The notes: generated from the sequence alone by a model not told the origin. A stretch of DNA of 64,000 nucleotides from Gammaproteobacteria bacterium (GCA_965215365.1 CBDCDS010000003.1:632383-696382), one strand, 5' to 3'. Shown: positions 39,893-55,043, numbered from the stretch's first letter. Numbers and translations: made by a program.

Positions 39893-41161
39893 TCATGGCA
39901 GCTCAAACCCGTTCGCCAGTTTTTTTGTCACCGGCGCATTTTGCAGGCGCACATAGTCGGGCAGGCCGTCCCGGTAGGGAGGGTAATCCTCGCCCTGGAT
40001 CAGGGGTTGCAGGTAGTTACGACAGGCTGGCGTAATGCCAAAGCCGTCGGCACTGATGTAGTCCCGGGGCATGAATTTTTCCGTGTTGGCTACCTGAGCC
40101 AGATCGGCCTGACCTATTTCCCAGCGATACGGATTGTCCGAGGTGCGCACGATAGTGGGCATGATGGCACTGTGCCCGGCCAGTGCCAGTTCCACCGCAG
40201 CCTGACCTAGGGCATAAGCCTGCTCAACATCCGTCTGTGAGGCAAGGTGGCGCGCCGCGCGTTGCAGGTAATCAGCCACGGCCCAGTGGTACTTGTAGCC
40301 CAATTCCTGCTTGACCAGATTGGCCACTACCGGTGCCACGCCACCTAACTGGGCATGACCGAAGGCGTCGCGGGTGCCCTGTTCCGCCAGGAACCGGCCA
40401 TCAGCCGTGCGCGCGCCCTCCGACACCACCACGGCACAGTAACCGTCGCGCGCAACGCAGTCCTGCACGCGGGCGATAAAGCGTTCCTGCTCGAACGGGA
40501 TTTCCGGGAACAGGATCACCACCGGGATGTCGTTGTGCTCGTCGGCAGCCAGCCCGCCGGCCGCGGCAATCCAGCCGGCGTGCCGCCCCATCACCTCGAT
40601 GACGAACACCCTGGTAGAGGTCCTGGCCATGGCGCGCACATCGTAACAGGCCTCGCGCACCGAGACTGCGATGTATTTCGCCACCGAGCCGAAACCGGGA
40701 CAGTTGTCGGTGACGGGCAGGTCGTTATCCACCGTCTTGGGAATATGTATGGCCTGGATCGGGAATCCCCATTGTTGCGACAGTTGCGCCACCTTGTGGC
40801 AGGTATCAGCCGAATCGCCGCCGCCATTGTAGAAAAAATAGCCGATATTGTGAGCCTTGAAGACCTCCACCAGACGTTCGTATTCGACCCGGTTCTGTTC
40901 CAGCCCCTTGAGTTTGTAGCGGCACGAGCCGAACGCCCCGGAGGGCGTGTGTCGTAACGCGGCAATGGCTGCCGCCGGCTCCTTGCCGGTATCGATCAGG
41001 TCTTCGGTGAGGGCACCGATAATGCCGTCGCGCCCGGCATAAACGTTGGCGATTTTGTCGGCATGGCGGCGCGCGGTCTCAATCACGGCACCGGCGCTGA
41101 CATTGATAACGGCGGTCACCCCGCCGGATTGCGCGTAAAAGGCATTTTTTGTCTCGGTCAT
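39893..41161 (-). CDS. pfp: pyrophosphate-dependent 6-phosphofructokinase (PPi-PFK); ORF track extends the N-terminus to 41386
   Basis: GGGDSADT and PKTVDNDL PFK motifs. About 420 aa, the PFP-type length. MTETKN chosen as the start. Confidence 0.8.
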   Translation of the reverse strand: MTETKNAFYAQSGGVTAVINVSAGAVIETARRHADKIANVYAGRDGIIGALTEDLIDTGKEPAAAIAALRHTPSGAFGSCRYKLKGLEQNRVEYERLVEVFKAHNIGYFFYNGGGDSADTCHKVAQLSQQWGFPIQAIHIPKTVDNDLPVTDNCPGFGSVAKYIAVSVREACYDVRAMARTSTRVFVIEVMGRHAGWIAAAGGLAADEHNDIPVVILFPEIPFEQERFIARVQDCVARDGYCAVVVSEGARTADGRFLAEQGTRDAFGHAQLGGVAPVVANLVKQELGYKYHWAVADYLQRAARHLASQTDVEQAYALGQAAVELALAGHSAIMPTIVRTSDNPYRWEIGQADLAQVANTEKFMPRDYISADGFGITPACRNYLQPLIQGEDYPPYRDGLPDYVRLQNAPVTKKLANGFELP

Positions 41162-41255
41162 CAAAAAAACTCCCCCAGGCCCATGAAATAGGCTTGAAAA
41201 TGCGATATGGTTAGCTCTGAAAATACCACGGAGGGCATTTTCAAATGGTTCCGGT

Positions 41256-45210
<3,955 letters not shown>

Positions 45211-45285
45211 GGGCGCCTCTAAAAATCAGAGGTGCCTTTACAGCATTATGGATATGCTGCCAGTAACAGCAAGCACGCACCTCAT
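45211..45285. repeat. REP-like hairpin (GGCGCCTCTAAAAATCAGAGGTGCC) plus conserved module immediately after the gyrB stop
   Basis: Member of the same repeat family as 26034 and 55794. Could also serve as a terminator hairpin. Confidence 0.65.
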
Positions 45286-45395
45286 CAGCGACAATCCGAC
45301 TTCAGTTTATTTGAATACGGAACAGAACCAATATAGAATTCAGCCTCCTGTACTCCTGTGTAACGCTCTTCAACAACCCCGGGGATAATATAATT

Positions 45396-45626
45396 GTGGA
45401 ACAAATTGCTACCGTTCATATCGAAAAACTGCCGGAGGGGGTGTATCTGGTTACCAGTGAGGATATCCCGGGCCTAGTTGCTCAGGGACGTACAATTACC
45501 GAAATACTGGAAACCGCCCGCGATGTGGCAAAGAAGCTGCTGGAAGCAAAAGCGGAGCGCCACCAACAAGCCAAATTGAAACATGCTGAAGATTCTTTCG
45601 ATTACCCACTGGTTTTTGGCGCCTGA
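45396..45626 (+). CDS. HicB/UPF0150-family antitoxin-like protein (orphan)
   Basis: 76 aa. VHIEKLPEGVYLVTSEDIPGLVAQGRTITEILETARDV resembles the HicB N-domain. No hicA is adjacent. Confidence 0.4.
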   Translation: MEQIATVHIEKLPEGVYLVTSEDIPGLVAQGRTITEILETARDVAKKLLEAKAERHQQAKLKHAEDSFDYPLVFGA

Positions 45627-45652
45627 TGGGTCGTATGCGAGAATGGTTTTCC

Positions 45653-46333
45653 CTACCCCTCCAACACCGCCCGGGCCAGACACCAGACTTGTACCTGTTC
45701 GGCGCCGTGGGCTTTCAGCAAACGCGCCAGCTCGTTAGCGGTGGCGCCGGTGGTCAGGACATCGTCGATGAGGGCGATATGTTTGTAACTCATGGTCTTC
45801 ACCAGAGAAAAAGCATTCTTAACGTTGCGCGCCCGGTGTTCGGGACGCAGGTCGAATTGTTGTGCCGTGGGTTTATGCCGGCGCACCAGCTGCTCATCGA
45901 CGGGGACCGACAGGGCGCGCGCCAGCAGCTGCGCGATTTCCCGGGCCTGATTAAAACCGCGCCGCCGTTGCCGGGCGCGGTGTAACGGGATCGGCAGCAG
46001 GCACTCCGGTGGCGCCTGACGCGCCGGCTCAAGCAGTTCGATAAGCGGCCCGGCCAGGGCGCGCGCCAGGTCCAGGCGGGCCTGATATTTCAGCTTCCTG
46101 ATCATCCGGTCCACCGGATAGTGGTAGCTGTGCGCGGCGATGCAGACATCGAACGCAGGCGGCCTGGCGAGACAACGGACGCAGACCGCGGCCTGTTCCG
46201 ACTGCGCGCCGCAACCGGGACATATTGCGCTCGGCAACGGCAGCAAATCCTCCCGGCAGGCGCGGCAAAAGCCGTCCGCGCTGGCGCCAGCGCGCGCGCC
46301 GCACAAGACACAGACAGGGTCAATGAACATCAT
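45653..46333 (-). CDS. comF: ComF-family phosphoribosyltransferase (GntX)
   Basis: N-terminal CxxC pairs and the C-terminal PRTase motif [11 protein letters not shown]. Divergent from bioB. Confidence 0.8.
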   Translation of the reverse strand: MMFIDPVCVLCGARAGASADGFCRACREDLLPLPSAICPGCGAQSEQAAVCVRCLARPPAFDVCIAAHSYHYPVDRMIRKLKYQARLDLARALAGPLIELLEPARQAPPECLLPIPLHRARQRRRGFNQAREIAQLLARALSVPVDEQLVRRHKPTAQQFDLRPEHRARNVKNAFSLVKTMSYKHIALIDDVLTTGATANELARLLKAHGAEQVQVWCLARAVLEG

Positions 46334-46396
46334 CGGGTCAACCCCTGGAAACTACAGGTGTTGACAGGATTCGATTCGAGGTTAACATATTCATCC

Positions 46397-47485
46397 ATGT
46401 TGAACGAACCAACAGCGTCCAAGTCCGCAGAGGCAGTAGCCCCGAAGACAGTAGCCGGAAAAACGGCAGCCGCGCAAACAACGACCAGAACAGCTCCCGG
46501 GCCGGAGCCCAAGCATGACTGGAGCCTGGATGAGATCATAACACTTTACCGGCAGCCCTTGAACGATTTATTGCAGCGCGCACACACCGTCCACCGCCGC
46601 AACTTTGACCCGAATCGCATCCAGTTGAGTACCTTACTTAATATCAAGAGCGGTGGTTGCCCGGAAGACTGCGCCTATTGCCCGCAGAGCGTGCGCTATA
46701 ACACCGGACTGGAAAATGAGACTTTGATGTCCTGTGAACAAGTGCTGGACGCGGCGCGGCGCGCGCGCGACTCGGGCGCCAGCCGGTTTTGTATGGGCGC
46801 GGCCTGGCGCAGCCCGAAAGACCGGGACCTCGATCAGGTTGTGGCGATGGTCGCCGGGGTCAAACAACTGGGCCTTGAAACCTGTGTAACGCTGGGAATG
46901 CTGAAAGACGGGCAGGCCGCGCGCCTGCGCCAGGCCGGCCTGGATTACTACAACCATAATCTCGATACCTCCGAAGAATTTTACGATCAGGTCATCACCA
47001 CCCGCAGCTACCAGGACCGCCTTGATACCTTGCAACAGGTGCGTGATGCCGGTATCAATGTCTGCTGCGGCGGCATTATCGGCATGGGCGAGTCGGTGAC
47101 CGATCGGGCCGCGCTGTTGCAGACCCTGGCCAACCTGCCGCAACAGCCGGAGAGCGTGCCCATCAATACCCTGGTCAAGGTGTCTGGCACCCCGCTGGAC
47201 GCACAGGACGATATCGACCCGCTGGAACTGGTGCGCACCGTCGCCTGTGCCCGCATCCTGATGCCGAACGCATACCTGCGTCTGTCTGCCGGGCGCACCG
47301 ACTTGAGCGATTCGACTCAGGTCCTGTGTTTTTTTGCCGGCGCCAACTCCATCTTCTACGGTGAGAAGCTGCTGACCACGGATAACCCGCAATTCAATGA
47401 GGATCAGTCCCTGTTTGAACGCCTGGGGTTGACCCCTGATACGGACCCGGTCTCCGCAGCATGCGCGACCGCGCCGGGCGGTTAA
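46397..47485 (+). CDS. bioB: biotin synthase (ORF track begins at 46121; start set at MLNEPT)
   Basis: Radical-SAM CPEDCAYC motif; BioB family. Confidence 0.9.
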   Translation: MLNEPTASKSAEAVAPKTVAGKTAAAQTTTRTAPGPEPKHDWSLDEIITLYRQPLNDLLQRAHTVHRRNFDPNRIQLSTLLNIKSGGCPEDCAYCPQSVRYNTGLENETLMSCEQVLDAARRARDSGASRFCMGAAWRSPKDRDLDQVVAMVAGVKQLGLETCVTLGMLKDGQAARLRQAGLDYYNHNLDTSEEFYDQVITTRSYQDRLDTLQQVRDAGINVCCGGIIGMGESVTDRAALLQTLANLPQQPESVPINTLVKVSGTPLDAQDDIDPLELVRTVACARILMPNAYLRLSAGRTDLSDSTQVLCFFAGANSIFYGEKLLTTDNPQFNEDQSLFERLGLTPDTDPVSAACATAPGG

Positions 47486-48666
47486 TGGTCCAAGCGCCGC
47501 CGCCGGATCCGTTTTCACTGGCAACCGGGCTGGACCGGATCAGGGCTGCGGGACAATTCCGCCGCCGGTATATGCTGACTGCTGCGCAGGGTGCCACGAT
47601 ACAGGTCGAAGGGCGCAGCTATGTCAACTTTTCCGGCAACGATTACCTCGGCCTTGCCGGCGACGCGCGTTTGGCGCAGGCGTTTCAAACCGCCGCCGCC
47701 CGTTACGGGGTGGGCAGCGGCGCCTCGCAACTGCTATCCGGCTACAACCGCATGCACGCGCAGCTCGAAGAGGCGGTTGCCGCACACTTAGGGCGCGCCC
47801 GCGCGCTGCTCTTTTCCAGCGGTTACCTGGCCAACCTGGCCGTAGTCACCAGCTTTGCCAGGCGTCGGGAGGACCGGGTGGTGATGGATCGGGACAATCA
47901 CGCCTCGCTCATAGATGGTGCCTTGCTGGCGCGCGCCGGCCTGCGCCGTTATGCGCACCATGATCTGGCCGGGCTGGAAAACCTGCTTGGCAAGGGCCGC
48001 ACCCTGGTGGCCACCGACGGGGTGTTCAGCATGGACGGCAGCATCGCCGCATTACCGGACCTGGTCGCCTTGTGCGCCCGCCATGGTGCCCTGCTGGCCG
48101 TGGACGATGCCCACGGTTTCGGGGTGCTGGGCGCGACCGGCGCCGGCTCACCGGAGCATTTTTCCCTAGACCAAAATCAGGTTCCCATCCTCATGGCCAC
48201 CTTCGGCAAGGCCTGTGGCGTTATGGGCGCGTTCGTGGCCGGGTCGGAAGACGTGATAGAAACCCTGATCCAGACCGGACGCACCTGCATTTACAGCACC
48301 GCCATGCCGCCGGCCCTGGCCGCCGCCGCGACTACGGCACTGCATCTCAGCGTCCGGGAAAGCTGGCGCCGGGATAAGTTGCAGGCGCTGGTGCAACGCT
48401 TTACGCAAGGGGCGCGGCAACTGGACTTGCCGGTATTACCCTCCACTACGCCGATCCAGAGCTTTATGGTAGGCAACGCGGCGCTGGCGCTCAGCGGCAG
48501 CGAATATCTGCGCGCCGCCGGCATCCGGGTCAGCGCCATCCGGGCGCCCACGGTTGCGCGAAATACCGAGCGCCTCAGGATCACATTGAGCGCCGGTCAC
48601 AGCGAACAGCAGGTGGACCGGCTGCTGGAACACCTGGCGCAACTGGCGCGGCGGCTGGCGCCATGA
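47461..48666 (+). CDS. bioF: 8-amino-7-oxononanoate synthase
   Basis: PLP-dependent class II aminotransferase, FSGNDYLGL, located between bioB and bioC. Confidence 0.85.
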   Translation: MRDRAGRLMVQAPPPDPFSLATGLDRIRAAGQFRRRYMLTAAQGATIQVEGRSYVNFSGNDYLGLAGDARLAQAFQTAAARYGVGSGASQLLSGYNRMHAQLEEAVAAHLGRARALLFSSGYLANLAVVTSFARRREDRVVMDRDNHASLIDGALLARAGLRRYAHHDLAGLENLLGKGRTLVATDGVFSMDGSIAALPDLVALCARHGALLAVDDAHGFGVLGATGAGSPEHFSLDQNQVPILMATFGKACGVMGAFVAGSEDVIETLIQTGRTCIYSTAMPPALAAAATTALHLSVRESWRRDKLQALVQRFTQGARQLDLPVLPSTTPIQSFMVGNAALALSGSEYLRAAGIRVSAIRAPTVARNTERLRITLSAGHSEQQVDRLLEHLAQLARRLAP

Positions 48667-49604
48667 ACGATCCTGCCTACCAGCGTGATAAAACTGGCGT
48701 GCGGCGCAACTTCAGCCGCGCCGCGCCTGATTACGAGCGCGTGGCCGTGTTGCAACAGACCATCGGGCAACGCCTGCTGGAGCGCCTAGAAGTGATCAAG
48801 CTGACGCCGCAGCGCATACTGGACCTGGGGGCTGGCGCCGGTCGCCTGTCGGTGCAACTGGCGCAACGTTACCACCGCGCCCGGCTGGTGCAACTGGATC
48901 TGGCCTTGGGAATGTTGCAACAGGCCGGCCAAGGGCCGGATTTTTCCGCTCGGCAGTCGCTGCTGTGCGCCGATGCCGAGCACTTGCCACTCGCCGGGGA
49001 GTGCGTGGAGTTCGCCTTCTCCAACCTCATGTTGCAATGGGTCACGCAACTCGATAGAACGCTGGCAGAGGTGTACCGGGTGTTGCGCCCCGGCGGCCTG
49101 CTGCTGTTTGCCACGTTCGGGCCGGATTCCTTGGCGGAGTTGCGGGCAAGCTGGGCCCGCGTGGATGATTATGTGCACGTCAACGCCTTCACCGATATGC
49201 ACGACGTGGGTGATGCCCTGGTACGGGCCGGTTTTGTTGAACCGGTGATGGAAACGGAGTCCTTTACCCTGGTTTATGATGACGTACCAACACTGTGTCG
49301 GGAACTCAAGAGTCTGGGCGCCGGCAATGTCAACGCCGGCCGGCGCAAGACCCTGACCGGCGCCGGCGCGTTCCGTGCCATGCAGGCCGAGTACCGGCGC
49401 CGCTACGCGCATGCAGAGGGCGTGCCGGCCACCTTCGAGGCCATCTACGGCCACGCCTGGGTACCGGAGGTAAAGCAGCCACGGCAGGCAGGGCTGGAGC
49501 CCGGGGTTTTTCCGATTACTTTCTCGACCTCTAGCAGCCTGTCGGACTTGACCGCCAAGCTGCTAGGCGCTCGTCGTGACGAATATATTCATCACCGGCA
49601 CTGA
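48663..49604 (+). CDS. bioC: malonyl-ACP O-methyltransferase BioC
   Basis: SAM-MTase motif I ILDLGAGAG in the bio operon. The C-terminal tail overlaps bioD. Confidence 0.75.
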   Translation: MNDPAYQRDKTGVRRNFSRAAPDYERVAVLQQTIGQRLLERLEVIKLTPQRILDLGAGAGRLSVQLAQRYHRARLVQLDLALGMLQQAGQGPDFSARQSLLCADAEHLPLAGECVEFAFSNLMLQWVTQLDRTLAEVYRVLRPGGLLLFATFGPDSLAELRASWARVDDYVHVNAFTDMHDVGDALVRAGFVEPVMETESFTLVYDDVPTLCRELKSLGAGNVNAGRRKTLTGAGAFRAMQAEYRRRYAHAEGVPATFEAIYGHAWVPEVKQPRQAGLEPGVFPITFSTSSSLSDLTAKLLGARRDEYIHHRH

Positions 49605-50199
49605 TACCGGCGTCGGCAAAACCCGGGTCACGTTGGCGCTGATGGCGGCCTGGCAGGCGCGCGGGTGGGTGGTGAACGGCATGAAGCCGGTTGCCAGCGG
49701 CAGCGAGTGGCGCCACGGGCGTCTGGAAAACGAGGACGCGCGCCTGATTCACGCGCAGTGCAGCCTGCCGGTTAGCTACGAACAGGTGAATCCGTACGCG
49801 TTGGCCGAGCCAATCGCCCCGCATATTGCCGCAACCAAGGCCGGGATCGAGGTTGAACCGGACACCTTGGTTGCGGCCTACCGTTGCCTGACGGCCGGGG
49901 CCGACCGGGTGGTGGTGGAAGGGGTCGGCGGCTGGCGGGTGCCGCTGGCACCGGGGCTACAAACTGAAGATCTGGTGCGGTCTCTGGACCTGGCTGTAGT
50001 GCTGGTGGTCGGGCTGCGTCTGGGCTGCATCAACCATGCTTTACTTACCATGGAGGCCATAAGCGCCGCCGGGGCGCCTTGCGCCGGGTGGCTGGGCAAC
50101 AGCATCTGCCGTGACTATGCCGAGCAGCAGGCCACCCTGGACTATCTGCGCGACCAGCTGCCGGCACCTTGCCTGGGGTTCATTCCGTGGCATTTTTAG
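49576..50199 (+). CDS. bioD: dethiobiotin synthetase
   Basis: P-loop GTDTGVGKT. 207 aa. Confidence 0.85.
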   Translation: MTNIFITGTDTGVGKTRVTLALMAAWQARGWVVNGMKPVASGSEWRHGRLENEDARLIHAQCSLPVSYEQVNPYALAEPIAPHIAATKAGIEVEPDTLVAAYRCLTAGADRVVVEGVGGWRVPLAPGLQTEDLVRSLDLAVVLVVGLRLGCINHALLTMEAISAAGAPCAGWLGNSICRDYAEQQATLDYLRDQLPAPCLGFIPWHF

Positions 50200-50208
50200 A
50201 GGTTCCCG

Positions 50209-53154
50209 TTAATCTATCCCATCAATAAACGTATCAATATATGACATAATCCGGCTGACGATACGCTCGCCAACTGTACGTCTTTCCCGGAGCCTGGGTT
50301 GTTGGTCCATAATCCGGATGACGTCAGCCGGTAAAGGCCTTCTGCTGGTGTACAGGCAATTAGCGATCACCTTGTCTAATCCATCCCGGTCTAGTCCCTC
50401 CTCCGCGCATAGCGACTGCAGGGCTTGTTGCCGTTGTGCTGACAGGTATTGTGCAAACGCGTGGTTAACGTCTCCATTCTGCGGCAGTGTCGGCACCTGT
50501 TCTTCAATGAAGCGTTGTATCAGTTCTTGCTTGCTGCGCAGTTCGGGTTCATTCTCCAACGTGCTGATAATCGCCTGCACCTGTCGGTGGTATGCGTCCG
50601 GTTTGGCTTGGCGCAGTCTGATGACCAGCTCGAGGATGTAGCTGACGTTGATGTTATCTCTGTGGATCAGCTCCACCTCAAAGTCGATATCGTCCAGTAT
50701 GGATACTGTTTCCTTCTGCCGGTCGGTCTTTACCTTGTCGTTCAAATCCAGGTATTTGCTCTTGTAGTCCGCAAAGGTCTGTTGCTCCAGGGCCAGCTCA
50801 GCAAAATCAAATTCGGTGAAGCCAGTCAGTACGTTCATAAGACGCAAGAGATTCCTGAACGCCTTAATAAAGGCAAGCTGCTCTGCCTCCTGTTGTAGTG
50901 TGTCAACACAATCTGGCGTGGCCGCGATGCCAAGCAGCGCCGCCACGGCGTCATTGAACCGTTTAAGGTATGCCTGGTAAGGTTCAAGGGTGATGGTGTC
51001 AACCGCCTCCTTGTCGGCAAACAGCGCGATGGCTTCGTCCGTGGCCGGTTTCAGGTTCCGATAACAGACGACATTGCCGTGTGACTTTTTCGAACCCAGG
51101 ATGCGATTGGTACGGGAGAACGCTTGCACCAGGCCGTGGTATTTCAGGTTTTTGTCCACGTAGATGGTATTGAGCCACTTGCTGTCAAACCCGGTCAGAA
51201 ACATATTCACCACCAGCAGGATATCAATGCCGGCGCCCGTGCGTCGGTTTTTGTCCCGATACCGGACTCGTTTACCGATGTCTCTGTAATAGTCGTAGAA
51301 GGTGTCGGTTTTATAGTTCGTGCCGTACGCCTTGTTGTAATCCCTGATGCAGTGCTCCAGCCGCGCCCGGCTGTGCCGGTCGGTGTACTGGCGGGAACTG
51401 TCGGCGGGATCATCGGCGCCGTAGGCTGCTTCCTGGTCTCGCACCCGGTTCTCATCCTCGGCCCGGCCTGGTACACTCCCCGACCCCGCCGCCATGCCGG
51501 CGAAGTACGTATCGGCAACATCGCTCACCTCGCGGTCTTCCTCATTGGCCTGCCAGGAAAATATGGTTGCTATGTTGAGGTCATGCGTGCCGGCCTCCCG
51601 TTTGCGCCTGAACAGGTCGTAATACTTGAGCAAAGTCCTGATATCGGCAACGCAAAATAGCGCGTTGAACACGCGGCCATGAGTCTTGCCGTCATGGTGG
51701 GCGATGATGTGATCGACGATGGCCTCAAGACGTTCTGCCGCGGCCAGCGCCTCGGCGGTGTCTATCGCCTCCACCCGGATATCCGCCCGGTTGTGCTGCC
51801 GGTCTTTGAAAGTGCCGATATATTCAATGGAAAACCGCAGTACATTCTCATCGTTAATCGCATCCGTGATGACGTACTTGTGCAGACACTCGCCAAACAG
51901 ATCTGTGGTGGTGCGCTTGCCATACTCATTGCCCAGCGCATTCTCGGCAAAGATGGGGGTGCCGGTGAAGCCGAACAGCTGCGCTTTGGGGAAGTGGTCG
52001 CGGATACGCTTATGGGTGTCGCCAAACTGGCTGCGGTGGCATTCGTCAAAAATGAATACCATGCGCTTGTCCCGCAACGGTGTCATGGTGGTTGCATGGC
52101 GGCGCTTGTGAATGGCGTTGTTTAACTTCTGCAAGGTGGTGACAATCAACCTGGTATCATCGCCGAATTGTTCTACCAGCCTGGTGGTATTGTCGGTCCC
52201 GTCAACGCTGCCTTTTTTATAGCTGTTGAAGTCCTGGATGGTCTTGTAGTCCAGATCCTTCCGGTCCACCACGAACACCACCTTGTGGATGCCGGAGGTG
52301 CCGGTGAGGATTTGCGCCGCCTTGAACGACGTCAGTGTTTTGCCGGACCCGGTAGTATGCCAGATATAGCCGAACCGGTCGGAAGTCCTGACCCGCTCGA
52401 CAATCGCCTCCACCGCATGATACTGATACTGGCGCAGCGCCAGCAGCAGCTGGTCGGTTTCGTTCAACACCACGTATTTTGTAACGAGCTTGGACAGCTG
52501 GCACGGCTCCAGGAAAGTATCGGCAAACTCGCTGAGTTGCGTGATACGCCGGTTCTCCCGGTCGGCCCAGAAAAACGTTTGCTTGAAGTCGCGCTGTTTG
52601 ATCGGGTTGTTGGCGTAATATTTGGTATTGACGCCGTTGCTGAGCACAAACACCTGAATGTATTCGAACAACCGCCATCCTGCCGAATAGGAATGACGCT
52701 GGTAACGGTTGGTCTGGTTAAAGGCCTCCTTGAGCGCCAGGCCGCGGCGTTTTAACTCTATCTGTGCCAGCGGCAGGCCATTGATGAGCAAGGTCACGTC
52801 ATAGCGATTCCGGTAGCTGCCCGCCATCTCCAGCTGTTGGGCCACCTGAAACTCGTTCTTGCACCAGTTGATCTGATCGACCAGTTCCAGATACCCGACC
52901 TCGCCGTCGTCCCTGTGGTAGTCCAGCTTGGCCCTGAGCTTTTTGGCTTTGTCGAAGATATTGCCTCCGGAGAGCGCTACCAGGATGTTTTGAAATTCCT
53001 TGTCGGACAGGGTGATGCCGTTGTGCTGCTGCAGTTGTGTTTTCAGGTTGCCGACCAAGTCGTCCTCATTGCGGAGAAGGACATGCTCGTAACCCAGGGC
53101 TTGCAGCTGGACAACCAGTTTCTGTTCCAGAACCGCTTCTGATTGGGTGGCCAT
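50209..53154 (-). CDS. hsdR: type I restriction enzyme R subunit
   Basis: 981 aa with TGSGKT, DECHR and helicase motifs. Confidence 0.9.
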   Translation of the reverse strand: MATQSEAVLEQKLVVQLQALGYEHVLLRNEDDLVGNLKTQLQQHNGITLSDKEFQNILVALSGGNIFDKAKKLRAKLDYHRDDGEVGYLELVDQINWCKNEFQVAQQLEMAGSYRNRYDVTLLINGLPLAQIELKRRGLALKEAFNQTNRYQRHSYSAGWRLFEYIQVFVLSNGVNTKYYANNPIKQRDFKQTFFWADRENRRITQLSEFADTFLEPCQLSKLVTKYVVLNETDQLLLALRQYQYHAVEAIVERVRTSDRFGYIWHTTGSGKTLTSFKAAQILTGTSGIHKVVFVVDRKDLDYKTIQDFNSYKKGSVDGTDNTTRLVEQFGDDTRLIVTTLQKLNNAIHKRRHATTMTPLRDKRMVFIFDECHRSQFGDTHKRIRDHFPKAQLFGFTGTPIFAENALGNEYGKRTTTDLFGECLHKYVITDAINDENVLRFSIEYIGTFKDRQHNRADIRVEAIDTAEALAAAERLEAIVDHIIAHHDGKTHGRVFNALFCVADIRTLLKYYDLFRRKREAGTHDLNIATIFSWQANEEDREVSDVADTYFAGMAAGSGSVPGRAEDENRVRDQEAAYGADDPADSSRQYTDRHSRARLEHCIRDYNKAYGTNYKTDTFYDYYRDIGKRVRYRDKNRRTGAGIDILLVVNMFLTGFDSKWLNTIYVDKNLKYHGLVQAFSRTNRILGSKKSHGNVVCYRNLKPATDEAIALFADKEAVDTITLEPYQAYLKRFNDAVAALLGIAATPDCVDTLQQEAEQLAFIKAFRNLLRLMNVLTGFTEFDFAELALEQQTFADYKSKYLDLNDKVKTDRQKETVSILDDIDFEVELIHRDNINVSYILELVIRLRQAKPDAYHRQVQAIISTLENEPELRSKQELIQRFIEEQVPTLPQNGDVNHAFAQYLSAQRQQALQSLCAEEGLDRDGLDKVIANCLYTSRRPLPADVIRIMDQQPRLRERRTVGERIVSRIMSYIDTFIDGID

Positions 53155-53168
53155 ACAGATGACCCGCG

Positions 53169-54401
53169 TTAAATAAACATTTGCTGCAACAGCCCCTGCT
53201 TGAAGAAGCAGGCCTGTTCGACCTGTTTCGCTACCAGTTCTATTTTCCGGTCGATGGCGGAGAGGAAATTGGCGATTTTTTGTTGTTCACATTTTGAGGG
53301 TATGCTTAATTTGAGGAATCTGAGATGAGAAGCATATAAATGAATAACCGATATTCCCTGCGCCAATCTGGCTATATCAGCCTTCTTATAATTCAAATAA
53401 TACGCAAGAAACACCCCGTTTTCCTGGCAGCGAATTATGTTTATGTCACCTCCCAGCGCAACCCCGTCAAGCCTTACACAAGCGGCGGTTGCTATGTCTG
53501 ATGCAATCTCGCCGGATGAGGGAATAATGACATCGTTTTTGTTGCTCAATTCCAGCTGAGAAGGTGGGATATTAGTGCTCGAAATTACCAGGGAAATTGT
53601 AGTTCCATAGTGGGTGTAGAGTTCCCCATACCTGATACACTTTAATTCTCCATTTGTTACGACATCGCTCTTTGAAATTCCTTTACCCTTACTTATCTTT
53701 GAAATATCACCCAATGATTTCTCCTCCCAATCCGGATAATCCCTCCCATCCTCATCCTTGAACCGAATTTCCTGACTGAACAGTTTTTGCATCATGCCTT
53801 GCTTGTACTGTTCCAGCAGCGACTGCTTCCGGCTCAGTTGCTCAATTTTGATATCAACCGCCGACAGGAAAGCAGCGATTTTTTGTTGTTCTCTTATAGC
53901 CGGAATACATAGTGGGATCTTTTTGATCTCACTCTTGCTTATTTCAAGGAAGGTAGAACCATTTGCTCTACGCAAAAAATGCTTTTTGTTTGCAAGAAGC
54001 CAATAGTAAAGATACTCATTTGAGAACATTGAGTCATTTACAATAAACGACTGAAACCCCTGGTTTGTTGTGCAGACTTCACGAGCAATGCTGACCTCGC
54101 CTATTGTTGCCCTGCTGGTGAATAAAATTGTCCCAACAGGCAGTAAGGCAGCAGAGGATTGAGCAATACCTTCCCTGGTTATTTTGCGGATACTGCCAGT
54201 AGCATATTTCGTCTTGATTTCTGTCGGAGTGAACCAGTTTATATCACCGTCCCATAAGCTCCTCTTGCCAGTGCTGGGGGTGCCACCCCCAACAATATCT
54301 CCGACATGATCCAACTTTTTCATCTCCCAATCCGGATAATCCCCCCCATCCTCATCCTTAAACCGCAACGCCGGCACGCGTTGTTGTTGTGCTGTAATCA
54401 T
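53169..54401 (-). CDS. hsdS: type I restriction-modification S (specificity) subunit
   Basis: 410 aa with two target-recognition domains, each preceded by the conserved repeat RFKDEDG(G/R)DYPDWE. Confidence 0.85.
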   Translation of the reverse strand: MITAQQQRVPALRFKDEDGGDYPDWEMKKLDHVGDIVGGGTPSTGKRSLWDGDINWFTPTEIKTKYATGSIRKITREGIAQSSAALLPVGTILFTSRATIGEVSIAREVCTTNQGFQSFIVNDSMFSNEYLYYWLLANKKHFLRRANGSTFLEISKSEIKKIPLCIPAIREQQKIAAFLSAVDIKIEQLSRKQSLLEQYKQGMMQKLFSQEIRFKDEDGRDYPDWEEKSLGDISKISKGKGISKSDVVTNGELKCIRYGELYTHYGTTISLVISSTNIPPSQLELSNKNDVIIPSSGEIASDIATAACVRLDGVALGGDINIIRCQENGVFLAYYLNYKKADIARLAQGISVIHLYASHLRFLKLSIPSKCEQQKIANFLSAIDRKIELVAKQVEQACFFKQGLLQQMFI

Positions 54402-54659
54402 TCGCTCACGTTAATCAGGACATCGGGCAGGTGGCGCATGGACAGGATTACTCAGAATCAATATGCTCATTATTACGGACGTGATGACAATCAGTGGGCG
54501 CATGATAATTTCAATCATGTTTTTCCTCTGATGATCGGGCTAACGCTGAAATCGCTGCCATTATGGCGAATGGGATTGCGATATGCAAATCTACCATCCC
54601 TTTGATTTTCAGGCCGGTAACGGTATAGTAAATCTACCCTCAATAAGCATTAAAGAGAT

Positions 54660-55043
54660 ATGAACCTGCATGTGACTATTCCTGAGAGCAAGGCGTTGGC
54701 GGCTTTTTGCCTAGAGAACGGTATCATAAAGCTGGCTGTTTTCGGCTCAGCCCTGCGCGAGGATTTCAACGCGGAAAGTGATATTGACCTGTTGGTCAAG
54801 TTCAGGCCTGAGGCCGCTGCTGACTTGTTCAAAATGGCTGGAATTGAAATTGCCCTTTCTCCATTGTTTGGCGGACGCAGTATCGACCTGCGCACGCTGG
54901 AGGAGCTGAGTCCCTACATCAGAGGTAGAGTACTTAACGACGCAATATTACTGGTAGATATTGCTGCGTCGGAAGACGAAGGGAGTAAAGTAAGGCATGA
55001 CCATTCCAGCGCGGCCGATGTGATAACCCATGTCCATCATTGA
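54660..55043 (+). CDS. MNT-domain nucleotidyltransferase (MntA-like antitoxin of a HEPN/MNT pair)
   Basis: GSALRED...SDIDLLV (GSx10DxD nucleotidyltransferase motif). Confidence 0.75.
   Translation: MNLHVTIPESKALAAFCLENGIIKLAVFGSALREDFNAESDIDLLVKFRPEAAADLFKMAGIEIALSPLFGGRSIDLRTLEELSPYIRGRVLNDAILLVDIAASEDEGSKVRHDHSSAADVITHVHH

Noticed and set aside
45626-45985. 119-aa + strand ORF after the HicB-like gene as a candidate HicA partner
   Set aside because: It lies entirely antisense within comF and has no HicA motifs.
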